Below are positions 46,395 to 57,075 of a DNA stretch of 64,000 nt, piece after piece; positions within the stretch are counted from its first letter, which is position 1, and each line of letters begins with the position of its first letter. The DNA comes from a virus (lineage: Duplodnaviria > Caudoviricetes): IMG/VR virus record IMGVR_UViG_3300028591_000106, positions 64,001-128,000 of that record. One strand, 5' to 3'. The notes below the pieces were generated by a model. It had not been told where the DNA came from and did no database searches. It worked only from the letters and a program-made list of their open reading frames with translations. A program made the position numbers and the translations under genes.

Positions 46395-46838
46395 ATGAAA
46401 AAGTTTCCTATGGCAAAAGAAGCAGCTTCTTTAAGACCAGAAGATTTGGAAATGTGGGGCTTGGAACAAGATTTGAAGGAAATTAAGAAACAGATCTTTT
46501 GGGCGATCCTAGCTGGGAAAAACTATGTTACAAGAACTACTTTACGCAATATTACAAAATCCTTTTTGATTGAACAAGGCTATTATGTTGTTGAAGATCA
46601 GGACTTTTATGTTATTTATTGGGCATTCAAGCCTAGTAAACTGAAAGACAGAGATGTAAATAAAGATTTCAAAAAGTATGCAACTGGCGGCGTAGTGAAC
46701 TTCAATTCTATTTGCACTAAAGATGAAGGATTTATGTGCAGTAATGATCGTATTGACTATAATTTGCCAGATGAAAATGTGATAAGAGAGCTTGCTGACA
46801 AGATTCAGAATAAAAAATTCGACAATCTAAAAATTTGA
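46395..46838 (+). CDS. hypothetical protein
   Basis: track ORF, AGGAGG RBS. Confidence 0.65.
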   Translation: MKKFPMAKEAASLRPEDLEMWGLEQDLKEIKKQIFWAILAGKNYVTRTTLRNITKSFLIEQGYYVVEDQDFYVIYWAFKPSKLKDRDVNKDFKKYATGGVVNFNSICTKDEGFMCSNDRIDYNLPDENVIRELADKIQNKKFDNLKI

Positions 46839-46903
46839 CTTTTTGAAAAATTTTTGTTAAAATCACGCGCCCGCGCGCATATTATAATAGTATAAGGAGT
46901 TTA

Positions 46904-47149
46904 GTGATGAAGTCATTATTTAGATATCTAGGTTGGATGATAGTAACCACTAATTGTTTACTGGTTTTTTGGACTGGTGTTGTATATCTACTATGGGGAG
47001 ATAATTTACTCCAAAGGGTAGAAGGTATTTGTGGTATTGTTAATACCGTTATAATTATGATAATAGCTTGTTTATATCAAGATCAGAAAGATGAAGTCCG
47101 AGATACAAAATATAAGCCAAAGCATATGGCAAGGAGAGGAAGGGAGTGA
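46904..47149 (+). CDS. two-TM membrane protein
   Basis: track ORF after promoter 46835-46863. Confidence 0.55.
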   Translation: MMKSLFRYLGWMIVTTNCLLVFWTGVVYLLWGDNLLQRVEGICGIVNTVIIMIIACLYQDQKDEVRDTKYKPKHMARRGRE

Positions 47150-47700
47150 ATTTTTTAGTTATTGATACAGAGACAACTTATTAGAGAAAGTTGATGACAG
47201 TCGGCGCAGTTGTGGCAAATGAATAGTTTGAAATTGTTGACTAGATTTATTTGATGTCATTCGGTGCTTATATGTAGGGCGGCTTATATAAGGATAGAGT
47301 TTATAAAACAAGCCTTTGTCCAAATAAAATGCACACATCGGAGATGCTTGAAACTATTAGAAAGTTTTATGATAAGCACGAATGTGAAATGGTCTTCGCC
47401 TATAATGCTCCTTTTGATAAGAAATTGATCACTTCTTTGCCGCCAGATTAGTGGTATGACATCATGAAGATAGCTGCGTACCGACAGCATAATCCGCATC
47501 TTCCGGACAGCGAAGAGTATTGCGGCACAGGTAGACTAAAGAAGGATTATAATGCTGAGAGACTTTATAAGTTGCTATCAGGAAATAGTAGCTATAAAGA
47601 ACTTCACAATGCCTTCTAGGATGCGTGTGATGAATTAGCTATTATGAAAATGATGAAAATTCCATTAGATGTTTATAAAGAGAATGCGAGGGTTGAATGA
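47146..47700 (+). CDS. DEDDh 3'-5' exonuclease, 184 aa
   Basis: VIDTETT, AYNAPFD, HNAF(TAG)DA; 6 TAG; absent from the track. Confidence 0.8.
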
Positions 47701-47858
47701 TGCCGTTTTTCTATAATGTCCATCCACCTAACTTATTCTGTGCAATATTGCTATTAGTAGTTGTATTAGTTTATTTAGGCGTGGCAATATGGATGGTATT
47801 GGACTTCACAAAAGAATCAAGAGCAGAAAAGAAAAGGAAGAAAAGGGAGAAGAAATAA
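47700..47858 (+). CDS. small membrane protein
   Basis: TM helix and basic tail, coupled on both sides. Confidence 0.45.
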   Translation: MPFFYNVHPPNLFCAILLLVVVLVYLGVAIWMVLDFTKESRAEKKRKKREKK

Positions 47859-48040
47859 TGGAATGGGTAAGATATGATGATGTTATGGATCTGCTGCAAG
47901 AAGCACGAGAAGAAGGTCCTTGTGACATAAGATCACTTATTTGGAGACTGGACAATTTGGATTCAATTACTACTGATGAAGATGAAATGCCTCATGAAAT
48001 AAAAGCAATCAATTTTAATTCAAGAGGGGGATTAGAGTAA
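47858..48040 (+). CDS. hypothetical protein
   Basis: TAATG coupling on both sides. Confidence 0.55.
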   Translation: MEWVRYDDVMDLLQEAREEGPCDIRSLIWRLDNLDSITTDEDEMPHEIKAINFNSRGGLE

Positions 48041-48306
48041 TGTTTATCGAAATTGGCGCAGGCTTCTATAATACTGAAGATATTCGATGGATACAAAAGT
48101 GGGGCGGCGAATCAATTACCATTGCATTCAAAGGCGAAAATGATGCGAATGCTATGGATATTGAATTTGAAAGCGAAGAAGAGCGCGATAAAGAGTGGGA
48201 GAAAATCAGTTCTCAATTAGTTTATGCGCTAATTATTCAAGCGCCGTCTTAGCGTAAAAATCCATTCTATGCGGATTGGGATAATAATGGTGCTACACCG
48301 GTATAA
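48040..48306 (+). CDS. hypothetical protein
   Basis: track ORF extended through TAG 48250 to TAA 48304. Confidence 0.55.
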
Positions 48307-48402
48307 CTTTATGTTATACCGGATTTTTCTTTATAAAAACTTGACAAAAAATTCAATCTATGATATAATATATATGTAAGAAATTAAAAAGGAGGCATAA
48401 GA

Positions 48403-50265
48403 ATGAGCGTTGTGTTGTCAGATGAACAAATGAGTTTTATCGGCAAAGCACTTAGCGGCAAGAACATTCTTGTTGATGCCTGTATTGGTAGTGGAAAGAC
48501 TACTACTATTCAAGCTTTGTGCAATGCAATGAAAAAGAAGAGTATTCTTTATCTCACTTACAACAGACTTCTTAAACTGGATGCTAAGGATAAGATTAAG
48601 AATACGAATGTAACGGTACAAAATTATCACGGGTTTGCTTACTCCCAGCTCGTGGCACAGAAGATTCGTTGTGGAGTTGGAGAGCTTATCCGTACTTACA
48701 ACCGTGTTAAGCCACCTTGCCGCAAGAAGTATGATGTTTTGATCCTTGACGAGTATCAGGATATCGACGAGGATATCTCCAAGATGCTCTACACACTCAA
48801 GGAAAAGTTCCCTAATATGCAGCTTATTGCTGTTGGCGATATGGCACAGAAGATTTATGACTACACCGCTCTTGATGTCGAAGCATTCATCAATGATTTT
48901 CTTGGCAACTTTGAGAGAATGACTTTTACTCGTTGCTTCCGCCTTAGTGATGTGTATGCCGCGGCAATCGGACACGCTTGGGGCAAGCCGATTATCGGAG
49001 TCAATACTGACTGTGAAGTTGAGGTTCATGATGAAGAGTATATCTACAATTTCTTGAAAGATCACGAGCCTAGAGAGATTCTTTGCTTGGGCGCGCGTAC
49101 TGGTAAAATGGTTGATATGCTCAATCGTCTTGAATCAGATTTCCCTCAGAAGTTTAACAAGTACACGGTTTATGCATCTATCTCTGATACCGATAAGGGA
49201 AGAGTTGATCCTAACAGCTCTGTTGGTATCTTTACTACTTTTGATTCTTCAAAAGGATTGGAGAGAGACATTTGTGTAATCTTTGACTATGACTCTGCTT
49301 ATTGGAGCACTCGTAGCACTAAGCCGAACACTCGTTATGAGATTCTGCGTAACATCTTTCTTGTGGCGGCAAGTCGCGGTAAGAGAAAAATTATCTTCTG
49401 CGGCAATGAATCAAGTGTTCTTTCTTTTGCAGAAGTTGCTACGCCTTTTAATGAGGGACATGACTTCACCAAGCCTTTCAATATCTCCACTATGTTCGAC
49501 TACAAATATCGTGAAGATATTGAAGCTACCTTTGAGAATCTTGAAATCAAAGAGATTGAGCTTCCTCTTTCTGACGAGATCAAGGTTAAGCCTGTTGATG
49601 GACTGATCGACATGGGACCTTGCATCGGCTTGTTTACAGAAGCCTGCTACTTCACCAAGTACAGTATTGATGATACTATTAGCTTCCAGTGGCAGATTGA
49701 TAGAAAGATGAAGTATGATGATGATGTCGAGCAGCTTTCTTCTGAAGATCTCATGGGTAAGATTCGTTATTCTACTTATCTTTCTACTAAGCAGCGTCGT
49801 TACTTCACGCAAAGCCGCAAGATCTTTGTCAATGAAGAAGAAGAAGCTAGCATTAAAGAGCGTTTGAGTTCTGTTCTGCCGGCGAGCTGTGAAACGCAGC
49901 GTTACTGTCATCTCGATTCTTCCTACGAAGATGATGAGGGGCAGACTCAAACTCTGTCTATCGTTGGTCTTACGGATGAAATCTATGAGGGTATTGTTTA
50001 TGAGTTGAAGTTTGTTTCTGAACTTTCCCATGAACATTTCCTTCAGCTTGCAGCTTATATGGCGGCATTGAATGTTCCTGTTGGTAGAATTTGGAATATT
50101 CGTTTTAACAAGATGTATGAAGTCAGAATCAAAGACAGAGATAAATTCCTCGATGATGTTGTAACTACCATTACAAAAGGCTATGTCCAACATTTTATTC
50201 CAAGTGATAAAAAGCGAGATGTAGCCACCGCAAGTTTTGCTAATAGTCATAGATATGAGGTGTAA
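48403..50265 (+). CDS. SF1 helicase fused to a C-terminal PD-(D/E)xK (RecB-like) nuclease, 620 aa
   Basis: ACIGSGKTT, LDEYQD, VGD..QKIY, TFDSSKGLER, VAASRG; G.TD...YELKF...LQLAAY; promoter TTGACA 48341; no TAG. Confidence 0.82.
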   Translation: MSVVLSDEQMSFIGKALSGKNILVDACIGSGKTTTIQALCNAMKKKSILYLTYNRLLKLDAKDKIKNTNVTVQNYHGFAYSQLVAQKIRCGVGELIRTYNRVKPPCRKKYDVLILDEYQDIDEDISKMLYTLKEKFPNMQLIAVGDMAQKIYDYTALDVEAFINDFLGNFERMTFTRCFRLSDVYAAAIGHAWGKPIIGVNTDCEVEVHDEEYIYNFLKDHEPREILCLGARTGKMVDMLNRLESDFPQKFNKYTVYASISDTDKGRVDPNSSVGIFTTFDSSKGLERDICVIFDYDSAYWSTRSTKPNTRYEILRNIFLVAASRGKRKIIFCGNESSVLSFAEVATPFNEGHDFTKPFNISTMFDYKYREDIEATFENLEIKEIELPLSDEIKVKPVDGLIDMGPCIGLFTEACYFTKYSIDDTISFQWQIDRKMKYDDDVEQLSSEDLMGKIRYSTYLSTKQRRYFTQSRKIFVNEEEEASIKERLSSVLPASCETQRYCHLDSSYEDDEGQTQTLSIVGLTDEIYEGIVYELKFVSELSHEHFLQLAAYMAALNVPVGRIWNIRFNKMYEVRIKDRDKFLDDVVTTITKGYVQHFIPSDKKRDVATASFANSHRYEV

Positions 50266-50268
50266 GGT

Positions 50269-50466
50269 ATGCATGTAATCTGCATGAATGAAAAATGTTT
50301 AGATGAGGGCGCCTGCGATTACTGTGATGCAAGGTGCCCTAACTATACTGATGAAGAAAGTCTTCTCAGAGTTATAAATGCCCAACCCAATAAAGATTTA
50401 ATTGTCGCGGCGGCGCATAAAGTAGCTATGCTGAAGATATTGCAAGAAGGAGACCAAGAAAAGTAA
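50269..50466 (+). CDS. Cys-rich small protein
   Basis: track ORF. Confidence 0.5.
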   Translation: MHVICMNEKCLDEGACDYCDARCPNYTDEESLLRVINAQPNKDLIVAAAHKVAMLKILQEGDQEK

Positions 50467-51068
50467 TGAGACCTCTATATTATCAAGGAAAAGAAATTCG
50501 TGATGAAGGCGATTATTTCGCAATGAAAGAGTGCCTTCGTAAAGAAAAATAGAGCGTGGCTGATTTTATATACCATTGCGAAGAGTGGGCATTGAAATGC
50601 ATTGGAGATTTTGGAGACCATGACTATCTTTGTGACAGAGAACTTAAAGAAATGCAAGCTCTTTGTATAAATATCTTTGTTTGGGGCTTTTATGATGGTG
50701 ACTATATTGTTCAGCCATATTTGACATTTGATTGTCATGGACATGAAATTAAGCCGCGTGACGGAGAAAAGTTTTATATTACCTGTTATGAAAAGGGAGA
50801 GAGGAAATATATAACAAATGACGGTGAAAAACCGTTTTATCAGTCAAGCGGGCATTTTATCTATAAGATTAACAATAAGTTTTATAGGATTCCTTTTTTA
50901 GTGAAGTGGGATACTGGTAAAGATAGTGGTAATCCTTTTTTCTTCAGACCAAATTTTGATGAAATAACTAGAGTATATCCAGTTTCTAAAACAGTAGTCA
51001 CTTGGCAAGAAGAACCAGAAGATGAAGAAAAGAAAGACAATACTACTGTTTACGAAATATCATGGTAA
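50466..51068 (+). CDS. hypothetical protein, 200 aa
   Basis: TAATG start, one TAG, joins track ORF 50556. Confidence 0.6.
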
Positions 51069-51138
51069 AAATTTGACTTTTTATAAAAAATATGATATAC
51101 TTATTATAGAAAGTTAAGGAAAGGAAAGTGATGCGAAA

Positions 51139-52047
51139 ATGGATCAGAAAAAGTATGTTGACATCGAGCGTCTGAAGGACAAGTATGCAATGGCTTTTAA
51201 GGCTGGAGAGCACATCACTGTATCTGAAAAGATTGACGGTGCAAATGCATCTATCCGCTATGATGCGGAGACAGGTTCTCTTGCAGCTTTTTCTCGTCGT
51301 CAGCGACTGACCGAGGATAACAACCTGCAGGGATTCTATGCTTATGTTCTGACTCTTGATCCGGTAAAGTGGGCAGATGTAACTTCTAACGGTCGTTTCA
51401 TCGTTTTCGGCGAATGGCTTGTAAAGCACACTATCAAGTATCCGGATGACCTCATGCGTAAGTTCTATGTATTTGATGTTTGGGATACTGAGGCTGAGCA
51501 GTATGTTCCTTGGTTCCTGACCTATCAGATCGCACAGGCACTCGGACTGAAGACTGTACCGATTTTCTATGATGGTGAGTTTACTTCTTGGGAAGACCTG
51601 TACGCACTTGTCGGTCGTACCGAGATGCAGGCTGAGCCTACTGGCGAAGGTATCGTTATCAAGTCTCAGGATCGTCTTGATAACAAGTTCTCTGGTACTC
51701 CTGCATATGTAAAGATCGTTGCTAAGGAGTTCTCTGAGGTTCATCAGAGCAAGCCGCAGAAGGAGATTGATCCTGCTAAGATTGCTGCAAAGCAGGCGGC
51801 AGAAGCACAGGTCGAGACTATTGTCACTCAGCGTCGTGTTGAGAAGACTATTCAGAAGTTTGTTGAGGACAATCTTATTCCTGAAGATTGGGACGAGAAG
51901 AGCCTTGGTGCGATCGCTAAGATCCTTCCTCGTGCAGTTTATGATGACTGTGTAAAGGAAGAGCCTGAGACTGTTGCTCAGATTGAGAATTTCGGTAAGC
52001 TGTGCGCTCAGGTTGCAATGAAGCACGCTCGTGCGCTGGTAAAGTGA
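51139..52047 (+). CDS. ATP-dependent RNA ligase (Rnl2-like)
   Basis: EKIDGAN, FSR, VFGEW, FYVFDV, GEGIVIK, KIV..EF.E; promoter at 51073-51101; no TAG. Confidence 0.85.
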   Translation: MDQKKYVDIERLKDKYAMAFKAGEHITVSEKIDGANASIRYDAETGSLAAFSRRQRLTEDNNLQGFYAYVLTLDPVKWADVTSNGRFIVFGEWLVKHTIKYPDDLMRKFYVFDVWDTEAEQYVPWFLTYQIAQALGLKTVPIFYDGEFTSWEDLYALVGRTEMQAEPTGEGIVIKSQDRLDNKFSGTPAYVKIVAKEFSEVHQSKPQKEIDPAKIAAKQAAEAQVETIVTQRRVEKTIQKFVEDNLIPEDWDEKSLGAIAKILPRAVYDDCVKEEPETVAQIENFGKLCAQVAMKHARALVK

Positions 52048-52054
52048 GGTTAAT

Positions 52055-52228
52055 ATGGGCGATTTTTTTGAAACAATTATTAAGCTGATCTTTGCATGGG
52101 CGGCTTGGGCATTCATTATCTGGATTGTTTGTCTAATGTTTGGTTTAACATGGACAGCAAAAGCCGTATGGATTGCCCTTATTATTGATATCGTTGTAAG
52201 CGGTATTTATAAAATTATTACTGATTAA
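52055..52228 (+). CDS. small two-TM protein
   Basis: GAGG RBS, hydrophobic. Confidence 0.5.
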   Translation: MGDFFETIIKLIFAWAAWAFIIWIVCLMFGLTWTAKAVWIALIIDIVVSGIYKIITD

Positions 52229-52240
52229 GGAGAAATAACT

Positions 52241-53125
52241 ATGGGATTTTTTACAAATAAAGACGGAGATATTAAGATCGGAAGTATTGTGTTTTCTGCT
52301 GTTGTCGCAGTTGCGGCAGCAGCTACACTCATTTCCGCTTGTGAAGAGGTGCCGACTGGTCATACCGGTGTGCAGGTCGTAATGGGTTCTGTTCAGACAG
52401 AAACACTTGACTCCGGTTTCCATTTGAAGACACCTTTTGTATGTGATGTTGTCGAAGTGGATAATAGGATTCAGAAGATTGAAGTCGATGCAAGTGCGGT
52501 TTCAAAGGACTTGCAGGATATTGCAGCTACTATTGCAATTAACTTCCACCTTGCCCCTGAGGCATCGGTATCTATGTATAAGAGCGTAGGTCTATCTTAT
52601 GAGGACTCTATCCTTCAGCCGGCAATTCAGGAAGCTACCAAGTCTATCATGGCGCAGTACAGAGCTGAAGAGCTGATTCAGAGACGCGGCGAAGTATCTG
52701 TTGCTATTGCTGACCTGATTACTTCTAAGGTCGGAGACTATGGTATTGTAGTCGATGAATTTAACCTGACTAACTTCAGCTTCTCAAAGGCATTTGACGA
52801 TGCTATTGAAGCGAAACTGGTTGCAGAGCAAAACAAGATTAAGGCGGCTACAGAAAACGAGCAGAGAGTTGCAGCTGCTGAAGCTGATGCGGCAGAAGCA
52901 AAGGCTCGTGCAGAAGGTGAAGCCGAAGCTGCAAAGATTAAGGCACAGGGTGAAGCTGAAGCTATTAAGGCAAAGGCTGACGCTGAAGCCGAAGCTAACC
53001 GTAAGATTAGCGAGTCTATTACTCCTGAGCTGATCGACTACAATCGTATCGAGTCTTGGGATGGTAAGCTGCCTTCTGTTATGAGTGGCAGTAATGGCAA
53101 TGTAATCGTTGATGCTACTACCTAA
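52241..53125 (+). CDS. SPFH/prohibitin (band 7) membrane protein
   Basis: TM, VPTGHTGV, GFH.K.PF, SKDLQ, AIEAK..AEQ, AE-rich coil, WDGKLP. Confidence 0.9.
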   Translation: MGFFTNKDGDIKIGSIVFSAVVAVAAAATLISACEEVPTGHTGVQVVMGSVQTETLDSGFHLKTPFVCDVVEVDNRIQKIEVDASAVSKDLQDIAATIAINFHLAPEASVSMYKSVGLSYEDSILQPAIQEATKSIMAQYRAEELIQRRGEVSVAIADLITSKVGDYGIVVDEFNLTNFSFSKAFDDAIEAKLVAEQNKIKAATENEQRVAAAEADAAEAKARAEGEAEAAKIKAQGEAEAIKAKADAEAEANRKISESITPELIDYNRIESWDGKLPSVMSGSNGNVIVDATT

Positions 53126-53136
53126 TGAGGTGAATA

Positions 53137-53586
53137 ATGGATTATCCTAGAATAGAAAACGCAAGGATTAAGTCTACCTCTATTTCTATGGCTGATCATG
53201 GATGTCTGACCATTTCCCTCAATGTAGAGGGAAGTGGTTGGGGCTGTAATATCGGTGGTTGGTGTAATGGTGTAGGACATCTTGGTGCTACATTATGGAA
53301 AGGTAATGGTAGTGCCATTGTTGCTATGATGAAAATTATGGATATAGTTGGAGTATCTACTTGGGATGAACTTAAAGGAAAACTTATTAGAGTAGAAATC
53401 CCTAGTCCCGGCGCCTGCACTATTTCTAAAATTGGCAATATTATTGAGGATGAATGGTTTGACTTAAAAGCATTTTATGCAACTGATACAGGTCAGGCTA
53501 CTTTTATCCTTGATGAAACGCCGCCAGAAGAAGAAGAGAGTGGTTGGTGGGATGATGATCCTTCTGCTGAGATTCATGGAAGGTGA
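53137..53586 (+). CDS. hypothetical protein
   Basis: track ORF with RBS. Confidence 0.65.
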   Translation: MDYPRIENARIKSTSISMADHGCLTISLNVEGSGWGCNIGGWCNGVGHLGATLWKGNGSAIVAMMKIMDIVGVSTWDELKGKLIRVEIPSPGACTISKIGNIIEDEWFDLKAFYATDTGQATFILDETPPEEEESGWWDDDPSAEIHGR

Positions 53587-53592
53587 GTACTA

Positions 53593-53757
53593 ATGACTTT
53601 ACCAGAAGCGATTTAGCATTTACAAGAAACTTTAGCTGATCCTAACCATTTTTCCTGTGAAGAGTGTAGGCAAGAACATGAATAGCTTCTTGCATGGCTT
53701 ATTGAACTTTATTCAAGAAGACTACGAGACAAAGAAATAAGGTTGGGATAGGTATGA
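53593..53757 (+). CDS. small hypothetical protein
   Basis: MTL.EAI.H...C..C..EHE(TAG)L.AWL pattern; 3 TAG. Confidence 0.55.
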
Positions 53758-54749
53758 AATATGTAAATAAGATAGAGAAATGTGTTGCTACAAATAGTTT
53801 TATTGTTGGTGTAGGTAATGATAAAGAATGGAATAGTGTTACCTATATTGATCCAATAACTATGTAGCCTTTTAATCCAGCGCACACGATTAAAGCAGGA
53901 GACTTGTATTACAGGTTTACAAAAGTTAAAGGAACAGAAGATTTGAATGGAGTAGCTTTTGCTACTGCAAGGGAAGGAAATGAGCCGCCAATGGCACAAA
54001 GAAGATTTGCAGATTTTACTTATAGTTCGCCAACGCCAGACTTTAGTTTAGTTCAGGCGGCAGTTGATAAGTATGTTGATAAGTACGAAGAGGAGGAATC
54101 TATTATGGATCTTGGTAATGGTGTTTTGAAGGGTATGTTCGGTCGTCTTGGTAATGGTATGTGCCGTCTGACTATGGATGGACAGATTGCAGTTAAGGCG
54201 GGCGATCAGTATAAGTATTACGATAAGAATACGGGAAGCTTTATCAATACTGATAATTTTGTTTTCCCTGATCTTGGTATGGATATGTTCTTTGTCATTC
54301 CTACCAATGCGGTTGCCGAAGGTGATATTATCATCGCCAATGGAGTGCCTAAGTATGTTCTTAGCGTCGATCCAACCGGTAAGAATATTACTGTTCTGAA
54401 TTATATCGGCGGTATCATCGAGACTATCATGCCTGAGCGTCACATTTTCATGGGCAATATTTACTTCTATGGTAAGGTTGTTAGCCTGTTCAATGGTCAG
54501 CTCAACGGTGCTAATGGCGCCAATAACATCATGAAGTTCTATATGATGAGCGAAATGATGAAGGGTATGACCGGCGGTAGAAATGGTGGCGATATGAATC
54601 CATTTGTTATGATGGCTCTTATGGGCGGCGGCATGAATGGTATGGGCAATATGTTTGACAATCTTTTTGCCAACGCAGCTCCTGCGGCTCCTGCAACTCC
54701 CGCAGCTCCTATGACGACTAATCCCACTGTGGCTAAGGAGGCAGAGTAA
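53754..54749 (+). CDS. hypothetical protein with a Met/Gly/Asn-rich C-terminus (possible internal start at 54105)
   Basis: ATGA coupling, one TAG before track ORF 53904. Confidence 0.65.
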
Positions 54750-55636
54750 TGGGCGGAGGAAGCTGGACAAGTAAGGATTTTGCTACCTACTCTACTACGA
54801 GAGGTTTAAGTTATGACGCATCCACGGGAGCAATCGACTCCCGTGGACTAACCGCGCAGGATATGTATAGGTCTACACATCTGGATGACTCTCTCAATCC
54901 CCATCTCGTTATTCGTGAGTGTTGCGACTCTGAAGAGCATCCTAATACTATTCCTGTAATTTTGGCTCTGGATGTAACTGGATCTATGGGAGCAACTGCG
55001 GTTGAAGTAGCATCTAAGCTAAATGTTCTTATGACCAATCTCTATGAGAAGATTCAAGATGTTGAATTTATGATTATGGGCATTGGAGACTTCTACTGCG
55101 ACGATGCCCCACTTCAGGTATCTCAGTTTGAATCCGATATTCGTATCGCAGAGCAGCTCGATAAGGTTTGGTTTGAAGGCGGCGGCGGCGGTAATGGTTT
55201 TGAATCTTATACTGCGGCATGGGCTTTTGCAAATGATCGAACCAAGCTTGACTGCTGGAATAGGGGTAAGAAAGGCTTGCTAATTACTATCGGTGACGAG
55301 CCAATCAACCCTTATATTGACAAGGATAGGTGGAGACATACAGTTGACGAGACCGAGCTGTCTCTTGAAACAAAGGATCTTTATGATCAGGTCACCACGA
55401 AGTATGATGTATACCATATCCATGTTAAGCATGGCGGCAATTATTATGGCAATGTTGCAGTTCCTTCTTTTGCAAAGGTAATTGGAGAGAGCAATGTAAA
55501 GGTTGCTAGTGTCGATTCTATTGTTCAGACTATTACTGACATTGTTTGTAATCATGCTCAGTCTTCTGCTACTACTACTGCTACCGATCTGGCGGCGGAA
55601 ACTAAGTTCAATGAAGACGGAGATATCGTCTGGTAA
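54749..55636 (+). CDS. von Willebrand factor A domain protein
   Basis: MGGGSW N-terminus, LALDVTGSM MIDAS, QFESD, EGGGGGN..ESY, TIGDE. Confidence 0.85.
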   Translation: MGGGSWTSKDFATYSTTRGLSYDASTGAIDSRGLTAQDMYRSTHLDDSLNPHLVIRECCDSEEHPNTIPVILALDVTGSMGATAVEVASKLNVLMTNLYEKIQDVEFMIMGIGDFYCDDAPLQVSQFESDIRIAEQLDKVWFEGGGGGNGFESYTAAWAFANDRTKLDCWNRGKKGLLITIGDEPINPYIDKDRWRHTVDETELSLETKDLYDQVTTKYDVYHIHVKHGGNYYGNVAVPSFAKVIGESNVKVASVDSIVQTITDIVCNHAQSSATTTATDLAAETKFNEDGDIVW

Positions 55637-55646
55637 GGAGTAACAA

Positions 55647-56825
55647 ATGTTTTATATTGTGACGGGAGCAAATTATGGAGACGAGGGAAAAGGTCTTGTG
55701 ACTAATGCTTTTGCAAGTGAAGACTGCCTTGTCGTATTGAGCACTGGATCGTCTCAGCGCGCTCATACTGTTGTACATGACGGGAAGAGAATTGTCTTTC
55801 GTCACTTTGGTAGCGGCACTCTTAAGGGTGCCGCGACCTATTTTGCGAAGGATTTTCTTGTAAACCCTGCTATGTTTAGACAGGAGTATCTGAAGTTAGA
55901 AGCTATGGGTATTACGCCCGTAGTTTATATGCATGAAGATTGTGCATTCGTAACTCCAGTAGATATGTTCGCAAGTATAAATATTGAATCAAGACGCGAA
56001 AATCGTCATGGTACTACTGGATGCGGCGTTTGGGAAGCTATTCGCCGTGGCAAATATGTTGGAGAAATTACTGAAGCTCGTAGAGTAGAAGATGTCGGAT
56101 GTATTGACAGTGATTTGATTAAATACTATGAACATCGTCTTGCAGGCATTGAAGATGAAATTCCGCAGGTTGCACTAGACTTTTTGCACGGTCCAGCATT
56201 AGCACACAATTTTAGACAAGATGTAGAATTCATGTTGGATCATATCAAACTTATTCGTTACGATGAAGAAAAGTCATTCCTTCATAAATGGAAAGATATT
56301 ATCTTTGAAAATGGTCAGGGACTACTTCTCGACACAGATTATGTAGGGGAAAGTATATATACTACACCTTGCCATGTTGGTGCGCGTATTCCTGCAAGAA
56401 TTATCTTTGAGAATTTTGCAGGCGAAAATCCACAGGTGGAGTCTATCTATGTAACGAGGACCTATCTTACTCGTCATGGCGCAGGTGATTTTGCTAATGG
56501 TAGTGCAGGTACAACTCTGTATAGCAATCTTTCTCCATATATGACGGAAGATAAGACTAATGTTCCTAATTTTGGTCAAGGTTCTATCCGTTACGAAGCT
56601 TTTGATAATGCAGCAGGTCATGATTTAGTTCGTCGTATTAACGATGATACTAATATTCTTCGCAGCTATGGCATTGATGCATCAATTTCTCTTGCTGTAA
56701 CTCATACAAATGAATTTGCATTAGAGAATTTGACACAGCAAATGATATTTAGCAATCCTTATCATTATAAATATAGATTATATACATCTGATAATGAGGC
56801 TACACTCAATTTAGAAGGGGAATAA
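55647..56825 (+). CDS. purA: divergent adenylosuccinate synthetase-like protein
   Basis: GANYGDEGKG, HTV, FRHFGSG, HGTTGCG, FENGQGLLLD, TRTYLTRHGAG, QG.IRY. Confidence 0.75.
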   Translation: MFYIVTGANYGDEGKGLVTNAFASEDCLVVLSTGSSQRAHTVVHDGKRIVFRHFGSGTLKGAATYFAKDFLVNPAMFRQEYLKLEAMGITPVVYMHEDCAFVTPVDMFASINIESRRENRHGTTGCGVWEAIRRGKYVGEITEARRVEDVGCIDSDLIKYYEHRLAGIEDEIPQVALDFLHGPALAHNFRQDVEFMLDHIKLIRYDEEKSFLHKWKDIIFENGQGLLLDTDYVGESIYTTPCHVGARIPARIIFENFAGENPQVESIYVTRTYLTRHGAGDFANGSAGTTLYSNLSPYMTEDKTNVPNFGQGSIRYEAFDNAAGHDLVRRINDDTNILRSYGIDASISLAVTHTNEFALENLTQQMIFSNPYHYKYRLYTSDNEATLNLEGE

Positions 56826-56826
56826 A

Positions 56827-57003
56827 ATGGGTATACTTATAATTCTTTTTATTGTTGTTGTTGCAGTAGCTATATCTTTTTTCATTGCAGCTAGTAAAAA
56901 GTACGATAAGGATGATAAGTTTTCTGCTATTTATTGGGCGGCACTAGGTGGATTCTGGATAAGTATAGCTATTGACATCTTTAAGGCATTTTTTAAGGAG
57001 TAA
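56827..57003 (+). CDS. small two-TM protein
   Basis: hydrophobic ORF following the purA-like gene. Confidence 0.45.
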   Translation: MGILIILFIVVVAVAISFFIAASKKYDKDDKFSAIYWAALGGFWISIAIDIFKAFFKE

Positions 57004-57075
57004 CTATTAAAAATTTGACTTTCTAAAAAAAATATGCTATAATTATTATAGAAAAGTTGAGAAAGGAGCAGAGAT

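Noticed and set aside
55647-56825. PurZ (2-aminoadenine Z-genome pathway)
   Set aside because: The motif is GDEGKG with the PurA Asp, not the PurZ-type GSTGKG. No DatZ/MazZ-like neighbour is evident, and the nearby HD domain is fused to a Pnk-type kinase.
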